Part shown: positions 1-9,197 of the stretch, piece by piece | Layout of the letters: each line of letters begins with the position of its first letter | Position numbering within the stretch: position 1 is the stretch's first letter | NCBI GenBank assembly: GCA_009783885.1 | Contig: WRCN01000007.1 | Span: 16,953-80,952, forward strand | DNA length: 64,000 bases | Source: Bacteroidales bacterium | Lineage (GTDB): Bacteria > Bacteroidota > Bacteroidia > Bacteroidales > P3 | Reading direction: 5' to 3' | Program-made: the position numbers and the translations under genes | The notes under the pieces: model-generated | Told to the model about the DNA's origin: nothing | The model's database searches: none | The model's input: only the letters and a program-made list of their open reading frames with translations

Positions 1-301
1 TTTTCGCCTCTTTGTCGATTTCTTTCAGCAGTTTCAAACTATCAACACTATGTATCAAATGCACAAACGGCGCGATATATTTGACTTTATTTGTCTGTAA
101 ATGCCCAACGAAATGCCAGCGAATATCATTAGGTAGTTGCGGGTATTTTTCAATCAATTCCTGCACTTTATTTTCGCCAAAATCTCGCTGACCGGCTTCG
201 TAGACTTCTTGCAAATTCGAAACCGGCTTTGTTTTTGAGACCGCGATTAACTTCACGTTTTCGGGAATTTGTTCTAAAATGTATTTGAGGTTTTCGGCAA
301 T
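1..301 (-). CDS. yggS: YggS-family pyridoxal-phosphate homeostasis protein, N-terminal about 100 aa (3' end runs off the window)
   Basis: Own minus-strand translation: IAENLKYILEQIPENVKLIAVSKTKPVSNLQEVYEAGQRDFGENKVQELIEKYPQLPNDIRWHFVGHLQTNKVKYIAPFVHLIHSVDSLKLL. The SKTKP lysine motif and HxxGxLQxNK are typical of YggS. It is absent from the ORF track because the frame has no stop inside the window. There is no canonical in-frame start next to the conserved N-terminus. Confidence 0.75.
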   Translation of the reverse strand, partial: MAENLKYILEQIPENVKLIAVSKTKPVSNLQEVYEAGQRDFGENKVQELIEKYPQLPNDIRWHFVGHLQTNKVKYIAPFVHLIHSVDSLKLLKEIDKEAK

Positions 302-313
302 TACACTTCGTTC

Positions 314-390
314 GTCATGTTGAGCGAAGCGAAGCGAAGTCGAAACATCCCCTTGAAGTAGGGGGATTCCTCGACTTCGCTCGGAATGAC
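314..390. repeat. GAGCG-core hairpin repeat, two units in opposite orientation
   Basis: GTCATGTT-GAGCGAAGC(GAAGC)GAAGTCGA-AACATCCCC, loop TTGAAGTA, then GGGGGATTCC-TCGACTTCGCTC-GGAATGAC. It lies inside an uninterrupted minus-strand reading frame. Confidence 0.85.
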
Positions 391-967
391 GTGTATAATC
401 GTACCCCAACATTTGATTAGCCTTCTCTATCTCCCCTGCTCGTATGAGTTTCCGAATTTCCGACGAACTCACTTTTTCTCCATTTTCAAAATGTTGCTCG
501 GGAAAAATTTCAGCTTCAAAGCCGTGTTTATTCGCCAATTCCTGAAGTTTTTCGAAATTTCCCTTGCGATTATTTCCGAAATTATGATTAAATCCAACTA
601 AAAACAATTTCGGATTAAGATTTTTTACAATAAATTCCTCAACAAAACCAGTATACGACAACGTTGCAAACTCTTTGGTAAACGGCAATACAACCAAATA
701 ATCAATCCCGATGTCTCGAAATAATTCTATTTTTTCGTCTAATGTTGTCAGTAGAAACACGTCTTTTCCGTAGCGTTCAGGCGCAATCACTTCGCAAGGA
801 TGTTTGTCGAATGTAACCACAACCGACTTTGCAGAAAACTCTTTCGCTTTGCTTTTCAACTCATCCAAAATCAAGCGATGGGCGATGTGGACGCCGTCGA
901 AAATGCCAACTGTGACGACAGTTGGCTGTTCTTTTGGAAAATTTTGTATGTTTGTGATTATTTGCAT
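391..967 (-). CDS. ribF: FAD synthetase (FMN adenylyltransferase) domain protein: RibF N-terminal domain only, no riboflavin-kinase domain and no stop codon before the downstream repeat
   Basis: Own translation from ATG at 967: MQIITNIQNFPKEQPTVVTVGIFDGVHIAHRLILDEL...VSSSEIRKLIRAGEIEKANQMLGYDYT. It carries the GxFDGxHxxH and SSxIR motifs of the RibF adenylyltransferase domain. About 186 aa end at the usual domain boundary, then the frame reads straight into the repeat at 314-390. Confidence 0.65.
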
Positions 968-975
968 CTCTCTCC

Positions 976-1039
976 GTCATTCCGAGCGCAGTCGAGGAAT
1001 CCCCCTTGCATGGGATGTCTCGGCTACGCTCGACATGAC
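976..1039. repeat. GAGCG-core hairpin repeat pair
   Basis: GTCATTCC-GAGCGCAGTCGA-GGAATCCCCC, loop TTGCAT, then GGGATGTC-TCGGCTACGCTC-GACATGAC. It sits between the ribF-like start (967) and the stop of the upstream gene (1045). Confidence 0.85.
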
Positions 1040-1044
1040 GCGTT

Positions 1045-2907
1045 TTATAAATTAAACGTTGCTCCCACAATAAAATTCGTCCTAAACGACCTGTAATTAT
1101 ACCAATGATAATACTTTTGGTTCAGTATATTATTCAAATCCAAAAACGCTGACCAACGTCTGTTGAAGCGGTATTCGGCGCCTATGCTCCAATCTACGAT
1201 GGGTTTGAAGGTTTCGAGTTTTGGAGTAATGAGTTCTATTTTAGAAAAATCATGATATTTTGTTCCTGCAAAAACATACAATTGTGTTTTCAAAATAATT
1301 TTGTTCTGCATGTTGTATCGTGCCATTAAATTGGCTTCATACTTAGGTTTGTAAAGAATTTCATCATCATAAAAATTTGCACGGGCCATTGCAGAAATAG
1401 CAATTTTTTCATCCAAATGATAGTTCAAATTGGCTTGCAGTTGGAAACAGTTGATATCTTGGTACGTTGAATTGAAAAATGGTGTTGGTACAGGCGTTGG
1501 AAGACCAATATAAATATTGTCATTAGGTAAGTAGTATGTCCTCCAAGCATCAAAACTCAACAAACGTTTGTATGAAACAAGTTTTCCTTTCATTGAAAAA
1601 TCAATGGCTTTGCTCAATGCTGTATTTAAGCCTAAATAATATTCACGGTGCAGTTGGGTTATATATGGCCCAAAATATAAAAGAAAAACTTCTTTGCCTA
1701 AAAGAGCAAATGGGTTGGCTTCAACAATTTTTTGAGAAGTCAAATATTCTGCATTGCCGTCTAATCCAAATTCTATAGCGAACAAATTATCAATCAAATT
1801 AAATTTGGCATGAAGTGTTGGTACTAATTGGAAGTCCGTTTTTGTCTTTATCTCGTACATATCATTGGCAACTTCATCAAACGTATTAATTCTTAAACCT
1901 AAAGAAAAATCATGTCCTGAAAAACGTAATTTTCCATAAGGGTGAAATTTTAACATTTTGGATCCATTGTCAATTTGATATGTTTTACCATCAAGTGGGT
2001 CATCAGGAAGCACTAAAACCAAGTCTTTACTACTATTTGTTTTGTGCCAACCGAAAGAAACATCAAGACCGATGGTGGTTTGATTAAAGATAGAATGTCT
2101 AAAATCGAATGTTTGATGTGTGTTTCCATCAAATCCTACTGACCATTCTTTTGTGTTGAAATAATCGGGTTGAAAATACCATATTGGATTTCTTATGTCG
2201 AAATTAGGTTGAAACATATTTATTGCTAAATTTCCACTGTAGCCAAAACTGTTTGGCTCTGTGTTATTGTCAGAAAATCCAATATTTCCTCCAACGTTGT
2301 TGTAAATTAGTTTATATTGTTCATCTTTCAAAAAACGTTCATCATTGGTAACGCTGTCATAGTGCAAAAACGGAACATCCGCCCCATACGCCGAATACCG
2401 CTGTCTATCATAATAAAAATCCGTAGAAACAATGGCTTTTTTGCCAAAATAACTACCAAACAATTTAATCAAATTCTCCGAATTATCAAACGGCACTTCG
2501 TGATTTTTAAACGTACCTCTCGACGAATGGTGTTTGAGATGTGTACCATATTGCCATTGTGCTGAACGCTCGCTACCGTAGAATAATTCACCGTAAGCCG
2601 TTGCATAATTACCAAAACCCCCACGCACATGAAGCGGCGAAAGTTTGGTCAACGGTTCGCCTGCAACTCTTGCAGGTCTGATGTGATCCATGCCGAACGA
2701 GGTTACCACCTTACGGCTCAAAATGTCGAAACGCGCTTCGCGAGGTCTCAAAACGCTGTCAATCGTTTGCGGCATAACATTGATTTTATGCGCATCAAGC
2801 ACCGTTGGTTGAAATGGAGCGATAACTGTTACCTGTTCGTTTTGAACTTGGGGAAACAGGGTTCCTGCGAGGAGAAGTAATGTGATTGTGATTTGTATTT
2901 TTTTCAT
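1045..2907 (-). CDS. Outer-membrane beta-barrel protein (putative porin-like), function uncertain
   Basis: 620-aa ORF with signal peptide MKKIQITITLLLLAGTLFPQ. It is rich in aromatic/Gly/Asn residues in an alternating beta-strand pattern through to the C-terminus (FIVGATFNL). It lies directly downstream of the TPR gene on the same strand. Confidence 0.55.
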   Translation of the reverse strand: MKKIQITITLLLLAGTLFPQVQNEQVTVIAPFQPTVLDAHKINVMPQTIDSVLRPREARFDILSRKVVTSFGMDHIRPARVAGEPLTKLSPLHVRGGFGNYATAYGELFYGSERSAQWQYGTHLKHHSSRGTFKNHEVPFDNSENLIKLFGSYFGKKAIVSTDFYYDRQRYSAYGADVPFLHYDSVTNDERFLKDEQYKLIYNNVGGNIGFSDNNTEPNSFGYSGNLAINMFQPNFDIRNPIWYFQPDYFNTKEWSVGFDGNTHQTFDFRHSIFNQTTIGLDVSFGWHKTNSSKDLVLVLPDDPLDGKTYQIDNGSKMLKFHPYGKLRFSGHDFSLGLRINTFDEVANDMYEIKTKTDFQLVPTLHAKFNLIDNLFAIEFGLDGNAEYLTSQKIVEANPFALLGKEVFLLYFGPYITQLHREYYLGLNTALSKAIDFSMKGKLVSYKRLLSFDAWRTYYLPNDNIYIGLPTPVPTPFFNSTYQDINCFQLQANLNYHLDEKIAISAMARANFYDDEILYKPKYEANLMARYNMQNKIILKTQLYVFAGTKYHDFSKIELITPKLETFKPIVDWSIGAEYRFNRRWSAFLDLNNILNQKYYHWYNYRSFRTNFIVGATFNL

Positions 2908-2936
2908 TTTTTCTAGTTTTAAAAGGTTAAAGGTGC

Positions 2937-3001
2937 GTGGTCGTTTCGACTCCGCTCAACGACCACAATAAGGTTGGTGGCTGAGCGGAGCCGAAGCCAC
3001 C
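2937..3001. repeat. GAGCG-core hairpin repeat pair
   Basis: GTGGTCGTT-TCGACTCCGCTC-AACGACCAC, then GGTGGCT-GAGCGGAGCCGA-AGCCACC. It abuts the stop codon of the TPR gene (3003). Confidence 0.85.
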
Positions 3002-3002
3002 T

Positions 3003-6000
3003 CTAAAATTCATCGGGCAACATAATCAAGTCTTCCTCCCCGGCTTCTTCGGCGCGTCTTCTATCTTCTTCAGCGCGGAGTTGAGCTTCTTTGTCCAAAA
3101 TAGTTTGGATTCCGAGTCTAGCGGTTTCTATGATACCATCATTTTCGATATCATAGTTATCAATGATACTTTGAAACGTTTGTTTGGCTTGCAAAAAGTT
3201 ACCGCGTTCCGCATAAATCGCGCCCCAAAGCAAATACGTTTTTGCCAAAAAATAATCGCTCGAAGGGGCTTCGTTGATAAATTCAAAAATTTTCTTTTCT
3301 GCTAATTCGAATTCTTTCTTGGTAAACAACTCTTCGATTTCGAAGTAGCGTGCTTGTGCCACAAACTCGCTGTTTTTTGAATTTCGCAATTTAGCAAAGG
3401 TTTCTCTTGCTAACTCATTTTGTCCCAAACGCTGTGCCGACGTGGCGATGGCGTGATTGGCTTCATCTCGAATATCATCGGTCAATTTACCCAATTTCAA
3501 CACATTTTGAGCGGCTGCCAAAATTCGATCATCGTTACCCAAGCGCATTTCGCAACGCATGATGGCGATGATAGCCATGTTGATATTTGCTGTATTTTCG
3601 GAAAATTCCGACAGTAAGGTGTAAAGTTTCAAAGCCTGTTGAAAATCTTGCAAATCGAACGAAATCTTAGCCGCGCTGATGATTGAGCGTTCTGTAAAAT
3701 TTGATTCCGGGAGAGAAACCACCGTTAGAAAATGTTTTCGTGCTTGCAGCACATTACCGCTTCGCATTTCGCAATCTGCTAAATAATACATGGCTTCAGT
3801 GATAAATATACCATTCGGAAATCGCTGTAAATAACTCTCCAAAGAGGGTTTCGCACCATGACAATCGTTTTCCAAATAGCGGTTTTCGGCTGCAGAGAAA
3901 GCAATCGAATCTTGCGTATTTTCATGGATATTTGCCCCAATTTTTCTTACATAAGCAAAGAAATCATCGGTTCTGTTAATTGCCACATAAATATTTCGTA
4001 AGCTCATCAAAGCCTCTTTGGCCTCTGTGGTTCCTGGATGATCGGCAATCACTTTTTCAAACATCGCAATCGCTTCATTATTTTTTCCGATGTTGTAATA
4101 AATCAAACCTTGTTTGAGTAAAGCCATTTTTCCGAAACTTGATCGCCCGTGCTGAGTTGAGAGTAACCTGTAGTATTCGAGAGCTTTTGCGTTGTTGTCC
4201 AAAATCAGGTATGTACTTGCTAATTCGTTGATGGCTTTGGGTATCAACGGCGAATTTTCATAGTTTTTGAGTATGGAAAGTAAGGTTGTGATTGCGGCAT
4301 CATATCGTCCTAAAATGCGCAAACTGATTGCCTTTTGAAGCATTGCATAATCTCTATCGGCTTGGTTCAATTGTATAGCCGATTCATAATTTTGCAACGC
4401 TTCATTGAGTCTTCTTTGCATAAAAAACGCATCGCCCAAACGCAAGAACGCATCATTCAAAATCGCTTGGTTCAACTGATTTTTGTGCTGAATAACTATT
4501 GTAAAGTATTTGGCTGCTTGCGCATAATTTCTCATTTGGAAATTGGCATATCCTGCCCCATAAGCGGCAAATGGGAATTCCGGAAACGTTTCGAAAAGCG
4601 ATGAAAAAAGAGCTCTTTCATAATTTTCAAGGGCATCCTCAAATCGCCCCATGCGGTAATACGCCTCGCCTTTCCAATAAAATGCCAATAGCGTCAACTT
4701 CTCGTCGTAACTGCTTTGAATCGCTTCATCAAACATTCTTTGCGCTTCAATAAATTTCATTTCATTGAACAATTCAACCCCACGATTAAAAGCAATTCGT
4801 TGCGCGGCTTCGAGCAAACGTGGGTCTTTGCGCTTTACGTTAGCAATGGAAGCATAAGCATCTCTGTAATTTCTCGTAGTAGTGTACATCGCTACCAAAT
4901 AGCCGTAAATTTCGTCCGCATATCTTGAATCGGGATATTTTTCTAAATAGGATTGCATGGCTTTTAGCGCTTCGTTGTATGGACTTGGCGAAAGTTTATA
5001 CGACAGTTTTGCATAATTGTAAAATGCGTCTTCTTGTATACGTTCGTCAATATCGATTTTAGAAGCATCAAAAAACGCAGCTTGCGCAAATTTATATTGG
5101 CCAAGTTTCACATAACAATCGCCCAAATGGTAGAGAGCGCTTTGTTTCATCAAGTCATTTTCTTCAGAAGTATTCACTACTTTTTGGAAATAAATCACAG
5201 CCGTATCACATTTTCCAAGACTGTAATACACAAATCCCATAATGTAATTATCTTCTCTAGAAGGCGTTACCGCAGATTTTTCAAAATACAACTGCAAAAA
5301 TGGCAAAGCTTCAGCATACCTGTTTTCATTGTAAAACGCTTCGCCTATTAATCGTGAAATCTCAACAGCCCTGCGAGGTGTAGCCGTTTCAAGTAAGGCA
5401 GGACCTTGTGCAATAATTAAATCATTTTTGCCTTGTCTGTAAAAAATTTGCATCATGTAGAATGGCACAATTGAACCGAATGTTTCATCATTTTGCAATT
5501 TTTCAAACTCAATCAAAGCCGATTGGAAGTTGCCTTCGGTATAGAGAATATAAGCATAAAAATACGTTGCTAAAGACGTGTAGCGGCTTTCTCTGTTTCT
5601 TATTTCTGCAAAATGAGGTTTCGCCTTTGACATTTGGTTTCTCATAAAATAGGAGTACCCTTTTTTGAAATGATATTCTATTTGCTGTTTTTCAGGCAAA
5701 TCCCTCACATCAATTTGATCGTAAACTTCGATGGCTCTCTCATAGTCTTTTTCCACATAAAACACGTTTGCCAATTCTAACATAACTTCTGGAATTCGCG
5801 TACTTTCCGGATAATCCAAAATAAACTGTTGCAAATTTTTCACCGCATCACGATGTGATAACCTTGCCGACGAAACGGCAGCATAAAATGCGGCATTCAT
5901 CGCCATCATCGGGTCAGTTTTTCTTGTTTCTGCAACTACCGAACGCATCAACTCGTTGGCAGATGCAAATTTTTCGAGATTAAAAAGTTCTACACCCATG

Positions 6001-6107
6001 CGGTATTTTTCGCCCGGGTTTCTTTTCGACATGGTTTGTTGTCCGATTGCAGAAACACTCATTAACACAAACATTCCAAACAACAAACATTTAATTATTT
6101 TTTTCAT
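3003..6107 (-). CDS. Large tetratricopeptide-repeat (TPR) protein, secreted
   Basis: 1034-aa ORF with signal peptide MKKIIKCLLFGMFVLMSVSAIGQQ. It has many 34-aa helical repeats with the A/Y/G spacing of TPRs and an acidic C-terminus. Confidence 0.8.
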   Translation of the reverse strand: MKKIIKCLLFGMFVLMSVSAIGQQTMSKRNPGEKYRMGVELFNLEKFASANELMRSVVAETRKTDPMMAMNAAFYAAVSSARLSHRDAVKNLQQFILDYPESTRIPEVMLELANVFYVEKDYERAIEVYDQIDVRDLPEKQQIEYHFKKGYSYFMRNQMSKAKPHFAEIRNRESRYTSLATYFYAYILYTEGNFQSALIEFEKLQNDETFGSIVPFYMMQIFYRQGKNDLIIAQGPALLETATPRRAVEISRLIGEAFYNENRYAEALPFLQLYFEKSAVTPSREDNYIMGFVYYSLGKCDTAVIYFQKVVNTSEENDLMKQSALYHLGDCYVKLGQYKFAQAAFFDASKIDIDERIQEDAFYNYAKLSYKLSPSPYNEALKAMQSYLEKYPDSRYADEIYGYLVAMYTTTRNYRDAYASIANVKRKDPRLLEAAQRIAFNRGVELFNEMKFIEAQRMFDEAIQSSYDEKLTLLAFYWKGEAYYRMGRFEDALENYERALFSSLFETFPEFPFAAYGAGYANFQMRNYAQAAKYFTIVIQHKNQLNQAILNDAFLRLGDAFFMQRRLNEALQNYESAIQLNQADRDYAMLQKAISLRILGRYDAAITTLLSILKNYENSPLIPKAINELASTYLILDNNAKALEYYRLLSTQHGRSSFGKMALLKQGLIYYNIGKNNEAIAMFEKVIADHPGTTEAKEALMSLRNIYVAINRTDDFFAYVRKIGANIHENTQDSIAFSAAENRYLENDCHGAKPSLESYLQRFPNGIFITEAMYYLADCEMRSGNVLQARKHFLTVVSLPESNFTERSIISAAKISFDLQDFQQALKLYTLLSEFSENTANINMAIIAIMRCEMRLGNDDRILAAAQNVLKLGKLTDDIRDEANHAIATSAQRLGQNELARETFAKLRNSKNSEFVAQARYFEIEELFTKKEFELAEKKIFEFINEAPSSDYFLAKTYLLWGAIYAERGNFLQAKQTFQSIIDNYDIENDGIIETARLGIQTILDKEAQLRAEEDRRRAEEAGEEDLIMLPDEF

Positions 6108-6303
6108 AAAAACAGTTTTTTCAGAATGTAAAATTACAAAAAAATAGCCTTGGATTGAAGACTTTTAGGCTTAACTTATTAACAAGTGAGATTTAATAAG
6201 TCTGAACCTTGATTTCAATAAGATTTTCAAGATTTATAAGATTTTTTTTCTCAATCTTGATAATCTTTTTAATCTTGAAATAATCGTGGTTCAAATTTTT
6301 TTG

Positions 6304-6311
6304 TATCTTTG
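6304..6311 (+). promoter_or_regulatory. Bacteroidota -7 promoter box TATCTTTG (TAnnTTTG)
   Basis: TTGTATCTTTGCAAAAAAA lies 25 nt upstream of the dcp ATG at 6336. Confidence 0.55.
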
Positions 6312-6335
6312 CAAAAAAATAAATCAATAAAAAAT

Positions 6336-8435
6336 ATGAAAACACTTCTAACTTTTTCAATCGCTGCCTTTATAGGCTTACAAGGATTCTCCCAAGACAA
6401 TCCATTCTTCAAAGAGTGGAACACGCCGTTTGGTGTTCCGCCGTTTGACGAAATTAAAGTCGAACATTTTATGCCTGCTTACCAAGCCGGAATCGCCGAA
6501 GAGGCCACTGAAATCTGGGCAATTATTCGAAATCCGGAACCTCCGAATTTCCAAAACACAATTTTAGCGATGGATAGAAGCGGGGCTTTGCTTCGTAAGG
6601 TAACGCCTGTATTTGGTGGGCTTTCAAGCGTAAACAACAATCCTGAATTACGAAGTTTGGCTCGTCAATTTTCGCCGATGATGAGTAAACATCGCGATGA
6701 CATCAACTTGAATCCCCTATTGTTTCAACGGGTTAAAGCCGTTTATACACAAAAAGATCAATTAAATTTGAATCCTGAACAACTAAAATTGTTGGAAAAC
6801 ACGTATCGCCGATTTATTCGAAGTGGTGCGGATTTACCGGCAGACAAACAAGAAAGATTACGTCAACTCAACAGTGAATTATCGGCTTTGCAAGTGCAAT
6901 TTGCTCAAAATGTATTGGCGGAAACGGCTAATTTCACGTTGAAAGTAACGGATAGAAACAGGCTAAAAGGCTTATCCGCAGCACAGTTGGCAGACGCTCA
7001 ATCTCGCGCACAAAAAGCAGGAGAGATGAGCGCATTCTTTTTCGGCTTGGATAACCCGAGTATCATGCCGTTTTTGGAAAGTGCCGATGATCGCGAACTT
7101 CGCACAGAACTGTTGAACGCTTTCCTCAATCGTGGCAACAATAACAACGAGTTTGACAATAAAGAAATTGTCAAAAAAATCGTAACTAATCGCTTGGAAC
7201 GTGCTAAACTTATGGGCTACGAGAATTACGCAGAAATGGCGATTGAAGATCGTATGTCGAAAAACCCAGAAACTGTGATGACTTTTTTGAATAAAATGTG
7301 GACTCCGACCTTGACTGCAGCGAAAAGAGAATTAGTCGATATCGAAAATATGATGAGAAGACAACGCGTTGCACTACCTTCAACAGCAGCCGATTGGCGT
7401 TATTTCTCAAACAAAGCCAAACAGCAAAAGTTTAATTTAAATCCTGAAGAAGTTCGTGAATACTTCCAATTAGAAAAAGTTATGGAAGGCATTTACTACG
7501 TTTGCACTCGCCTTTGGGGTATCACGTTTGAGCCGTTGAAAGATATTCCCCTTCCTCATCCCGAAGCCACGGCTTGGAAATGTTTGGACAAAGATGGCAC
7601 AATTTTGGGTATCTTTTACTGGGATATGCACCCACGTCCGGGCACGAAAAACGGCGGTGCGTGGTGCGGCACCTATCGTGCAACAAATTATGATGAAAAC
7701 GGAAATCGTATCATTCCAATCATAACGCTTGCTTGTAATTTCACACGCCCTTCGGGTGGAAGACCGGCTTTGTTGACGACCGACGAAGTCAAAACTTTTT
7801 TCCACGAATTCGGACATGCCCTCGGTCATTTGCTTAGAGATACCAGATATTTCGGAACAGCACGGCCGGAAAGGGATTTTGGCGAGTTTGACGCACAAAT
7901 TATGGAACATTGGGCATTTCAACCCGAAGTGTTGAGAGTGTATGCCAAACACTTCAAAACAGGACGAGTAATTCCGAATACATTAATTAAAAAAATAGAG
8001 GAAAGCAGGAAATACGGTCAAGGCTTCCGCACGTCCGAATTTTTAGCGTCTGCATTGGTGGATATGGAAGTTCACATGCTTCCGGAAATCCCCAAAGATT
8101 TCGATATCGTAGACTTCGAATACGCCATAAGAGAGAAATACACGATGCTTCCGCAAATTCCGTTACGCCATCGTCCGACTTATTTTACACATACGTTTTC
8201 GGGCGGTTACAATGCCGGATATTACATGTATTTGTGGGCTGCACAATTAGACAGCGATGCATTTGAAGCGTTTGTGGAAACCGGCGATATTTTTAATCAA
8301 GAGTTGGCACGCAAATTGCGTTTCGAAGTTTTTGCTCGCGGCGGTATTGATAATGCTATGACCTTGTATAAAAATTTCCGAGGACGAGAGCCGGATGTGA
8401 ATGCGTTGTTGCGTAGTCGAGGGTTAATTCAATAA
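6336..8435 (+). CDS. dcp: Peptidyl-dipeptidase Dcp, M3 family zinc metallopeptidase
   Basis: The HEFGH zinc motif (FFHEFGHALGH) sits in a roughly 700-aa M3-like protein with signal peptide MKTLLTFSIAAFIGLQGFSQ. The start was moved from the TTG at 6309, which lies inside the promoter box, to the ATG at 6336. Confidence 0.85.
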   Translation: MKTLLTFSIAAFIGLQGFSQDNPFFKEWNTPFGVPPFDEIKVEHFMPAYQAGIAEEATEIWAIIRNPEPPNFQNTILAMDRSGALLRKVTPVFGGLSSVNNNPELRSLARQFSPMMSKHRDDINLNPLLFQRVKAVYTQKDQLNLNPEQLKLLENTYRRFIRSGADLPADKQERLRQLNSELSALQVQFAQNVLAETANFTLKVTDRNRLKGLSAAQLADAQSRAQKAGEMSAFFFGLDNPSIMPFLESADDRELRTELLNAFLNRGNNNNEFDNKEIVKKIVTNRLERAKLMGYENYAEMAIEDRMSKNPETVMTFLNKMWTPTLTAAKRELVDIENMMRRQRVALPSTAADWRYFSNKAKQQKFNLNPEEVREYFQLEKVMEGIYYVCTRLWGITFEPLKDIPLPHPEATAWKCLDKDGTILGIFYWDMHPRPGTKNGGAWCGTYRATNYDENGNRIIPIITLACNFTRPSGGRPALLTTDEVKTFFHEFGHALGHLLRDTRYFGTARPERDFGEFDAQIMEHWAFQPEVLRVYAKHFKTGRVIPNTLIKKIEESRKYGQGFRTSEFLASALVDMEVHMLPEIPKDFDIVDFEYAIREKYTMLPQIPLRHRPTYFTHTFSGGYNAGYYMYLWAAQLDSDAFEAFVETGDIFNQELARKLRFEVFARGGIDNAMTLYKNFRGREPDVNALLRSRGLIQ

Positions 8436-8622
8436 GGTTCAAGATTAGAATAGCTAACAGATGTCTCGCTTCGCTCGACATGACGAGTAACAATTTTAAA
8501 GCATCGGTGGCTACGCCACCGATGCTTTCCTCTTATCCCCACATATGATAAGTTGTCATTCAGAGCGAAGCATACGAAGTATGCGAAGTCGTGGAATCTG
8601 TTAGCTATTCTAATCTTGAACC
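8436..8622. repeat. 187-bp long imperfect palindrome with perfect 27-bp terminal inverted repeats (MITE-like composite)
   Basis: GGTTCAAGATTAGAATAGCTAACAGAT (8436-8462) is the exact reverse complement of 8596-8622. The interior carries two GAGCG-core units (8460-8484, 8555-8598) and a central terminator hairpin. Confidence 0.8.
8501..8525 (+). terminator. Rho-independent terminator-like hairpin after dcp
   Basis: GCATCGGTGGC-TAC-GCCACCGATGC forms an 11-bp stem, flanked by AAA on the 5' side and TTTCC on the 3' side. Confidence 0.65.
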
Positions 8623-8699
8623 AAAAAAAATTACCATGTTTGTCACAAATTCATACCCTTGTTCGTCTTATTACTGAAACATCAAAAAATAATAAACAA

Positions 8700-9197
8700 A
8701 TGAAAACAAAAACAAACTTATTTCTCTTGCTTCTCTTGCTTGCATTGTTTTTTATAACTCCTACGATGCACAGTCAAAACACCAATTCAGGTAGTAGTTC
8801 AAAAAATGTAAACCAACTTTTTAAAGAATTTTCAAAAAAAGAAGGCGTTGAGCGTGTTAATCTTGGTCGTATTTCGATGGGTTTGGTCAGGCTCTTCACC
8901 GGCATGAAAGGAGTAAGTGATATAGAAATGTTGGATTTTTCCGACTGCTGTCCACTTGTGAAAGATCGAATAAATCGTGAATTTATCTCTTTGAGAGATG
9001 CGGATTACCAAACATTGATTTCGGTAAATGATGAAGGAGAACGAGTTAGAATTTTGGTAAAACTAAAAAACGATGCTATCCGAGAATTGATTGTGATGAT
9101 TGCCGGAAACGAGCCTGCGTTAATCCGTATCAAAGGAAAAATCAGACCTTCGGAAATTGAAAATGTAATAAATAAAGGTAACATAAGTAAAAGATGA
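8700..9197 (+). CDS. DUF4252-like secreted protein
   Basis: Signal peptide MKTKTNLFLLLLLLALFFITPTMHSQ. It is a paralogue in layout of the 10203-10676 product (IELLxFxxC..., ...ELIVMI...) and flanks an ECF sigma gene, as is typical in Bacteroidota. The ORF-track start at 8553 lies inside a repeat. Confidence 0.6.
   Translation: MKTKTNLFLLLLLLALFFITPTMHSQNTNSGSSSKNVNQLFKEFSKKEGVERVNLGRISMGLVRLFTGMKGVSDIEMLDFSDCCPLVKDRINREFISLRDADYQTLISVNDEGERVRILVKLKNDAIRELIVMIAGNEPALIRIKGKIRPSEIENVINKGNISKR

Noticed and set aside
800-1096. ORFs 800-1096 +, 804-1055 + and 861-1070 -, with peptides such as SPSFRAQSRNPP and HVERSRDIP. There are similar ORFs at 38809-39021 -, 43875-44096 - and 44260-44523 -.
   Set aside because: They are translations of the hairpin repeats or of the antisense of real genes. 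The same peptide words recur wherever a repeat occurs, which is the signature of repeat-derived spurious ORFs.
7470-7952. 160-aa ORF antisense to dcp, and other antisense ORFs longer than 100 aa (5034-5351 +, 15953-16390 +, 20682-21218 +, 22002-22400 -, 24393-24884 -, 47377-47838 -, 51632-52003 -).
   Set aside because: Each is fully embedded opposite a gene with strong motif support, and none has a motif or promoter of its own.
8436-8622. Phase-variable invertible promoter (inverton) upstream of the ECF sigma operon.
   Set aside because: The 133-bp interior contains no TAnnTTTG box in either orientation and is itself nearly symmetrical, so inversion would change little. There is no site-specific recombinase gene in the window. 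A MITE-like or composite palindrome seems more likely, and read-orientation data would settle it.
8553-8699. N-terminal extensions of ORF-track entries: 8553, 13815, 15298-15528, 18124-18174, 21669-21755, 26813, 37576, 38932, 40362, 45743, 52794-53009 and 54637-54684.
   Set aside because: In each case the extension runs through a TAnnTTTG promoter box, a heptad array or a hairpin repeat, or it overlaps the neighbouring gene. An internal ATG is followed by a proper signal peptide or a conserved N-terminus.
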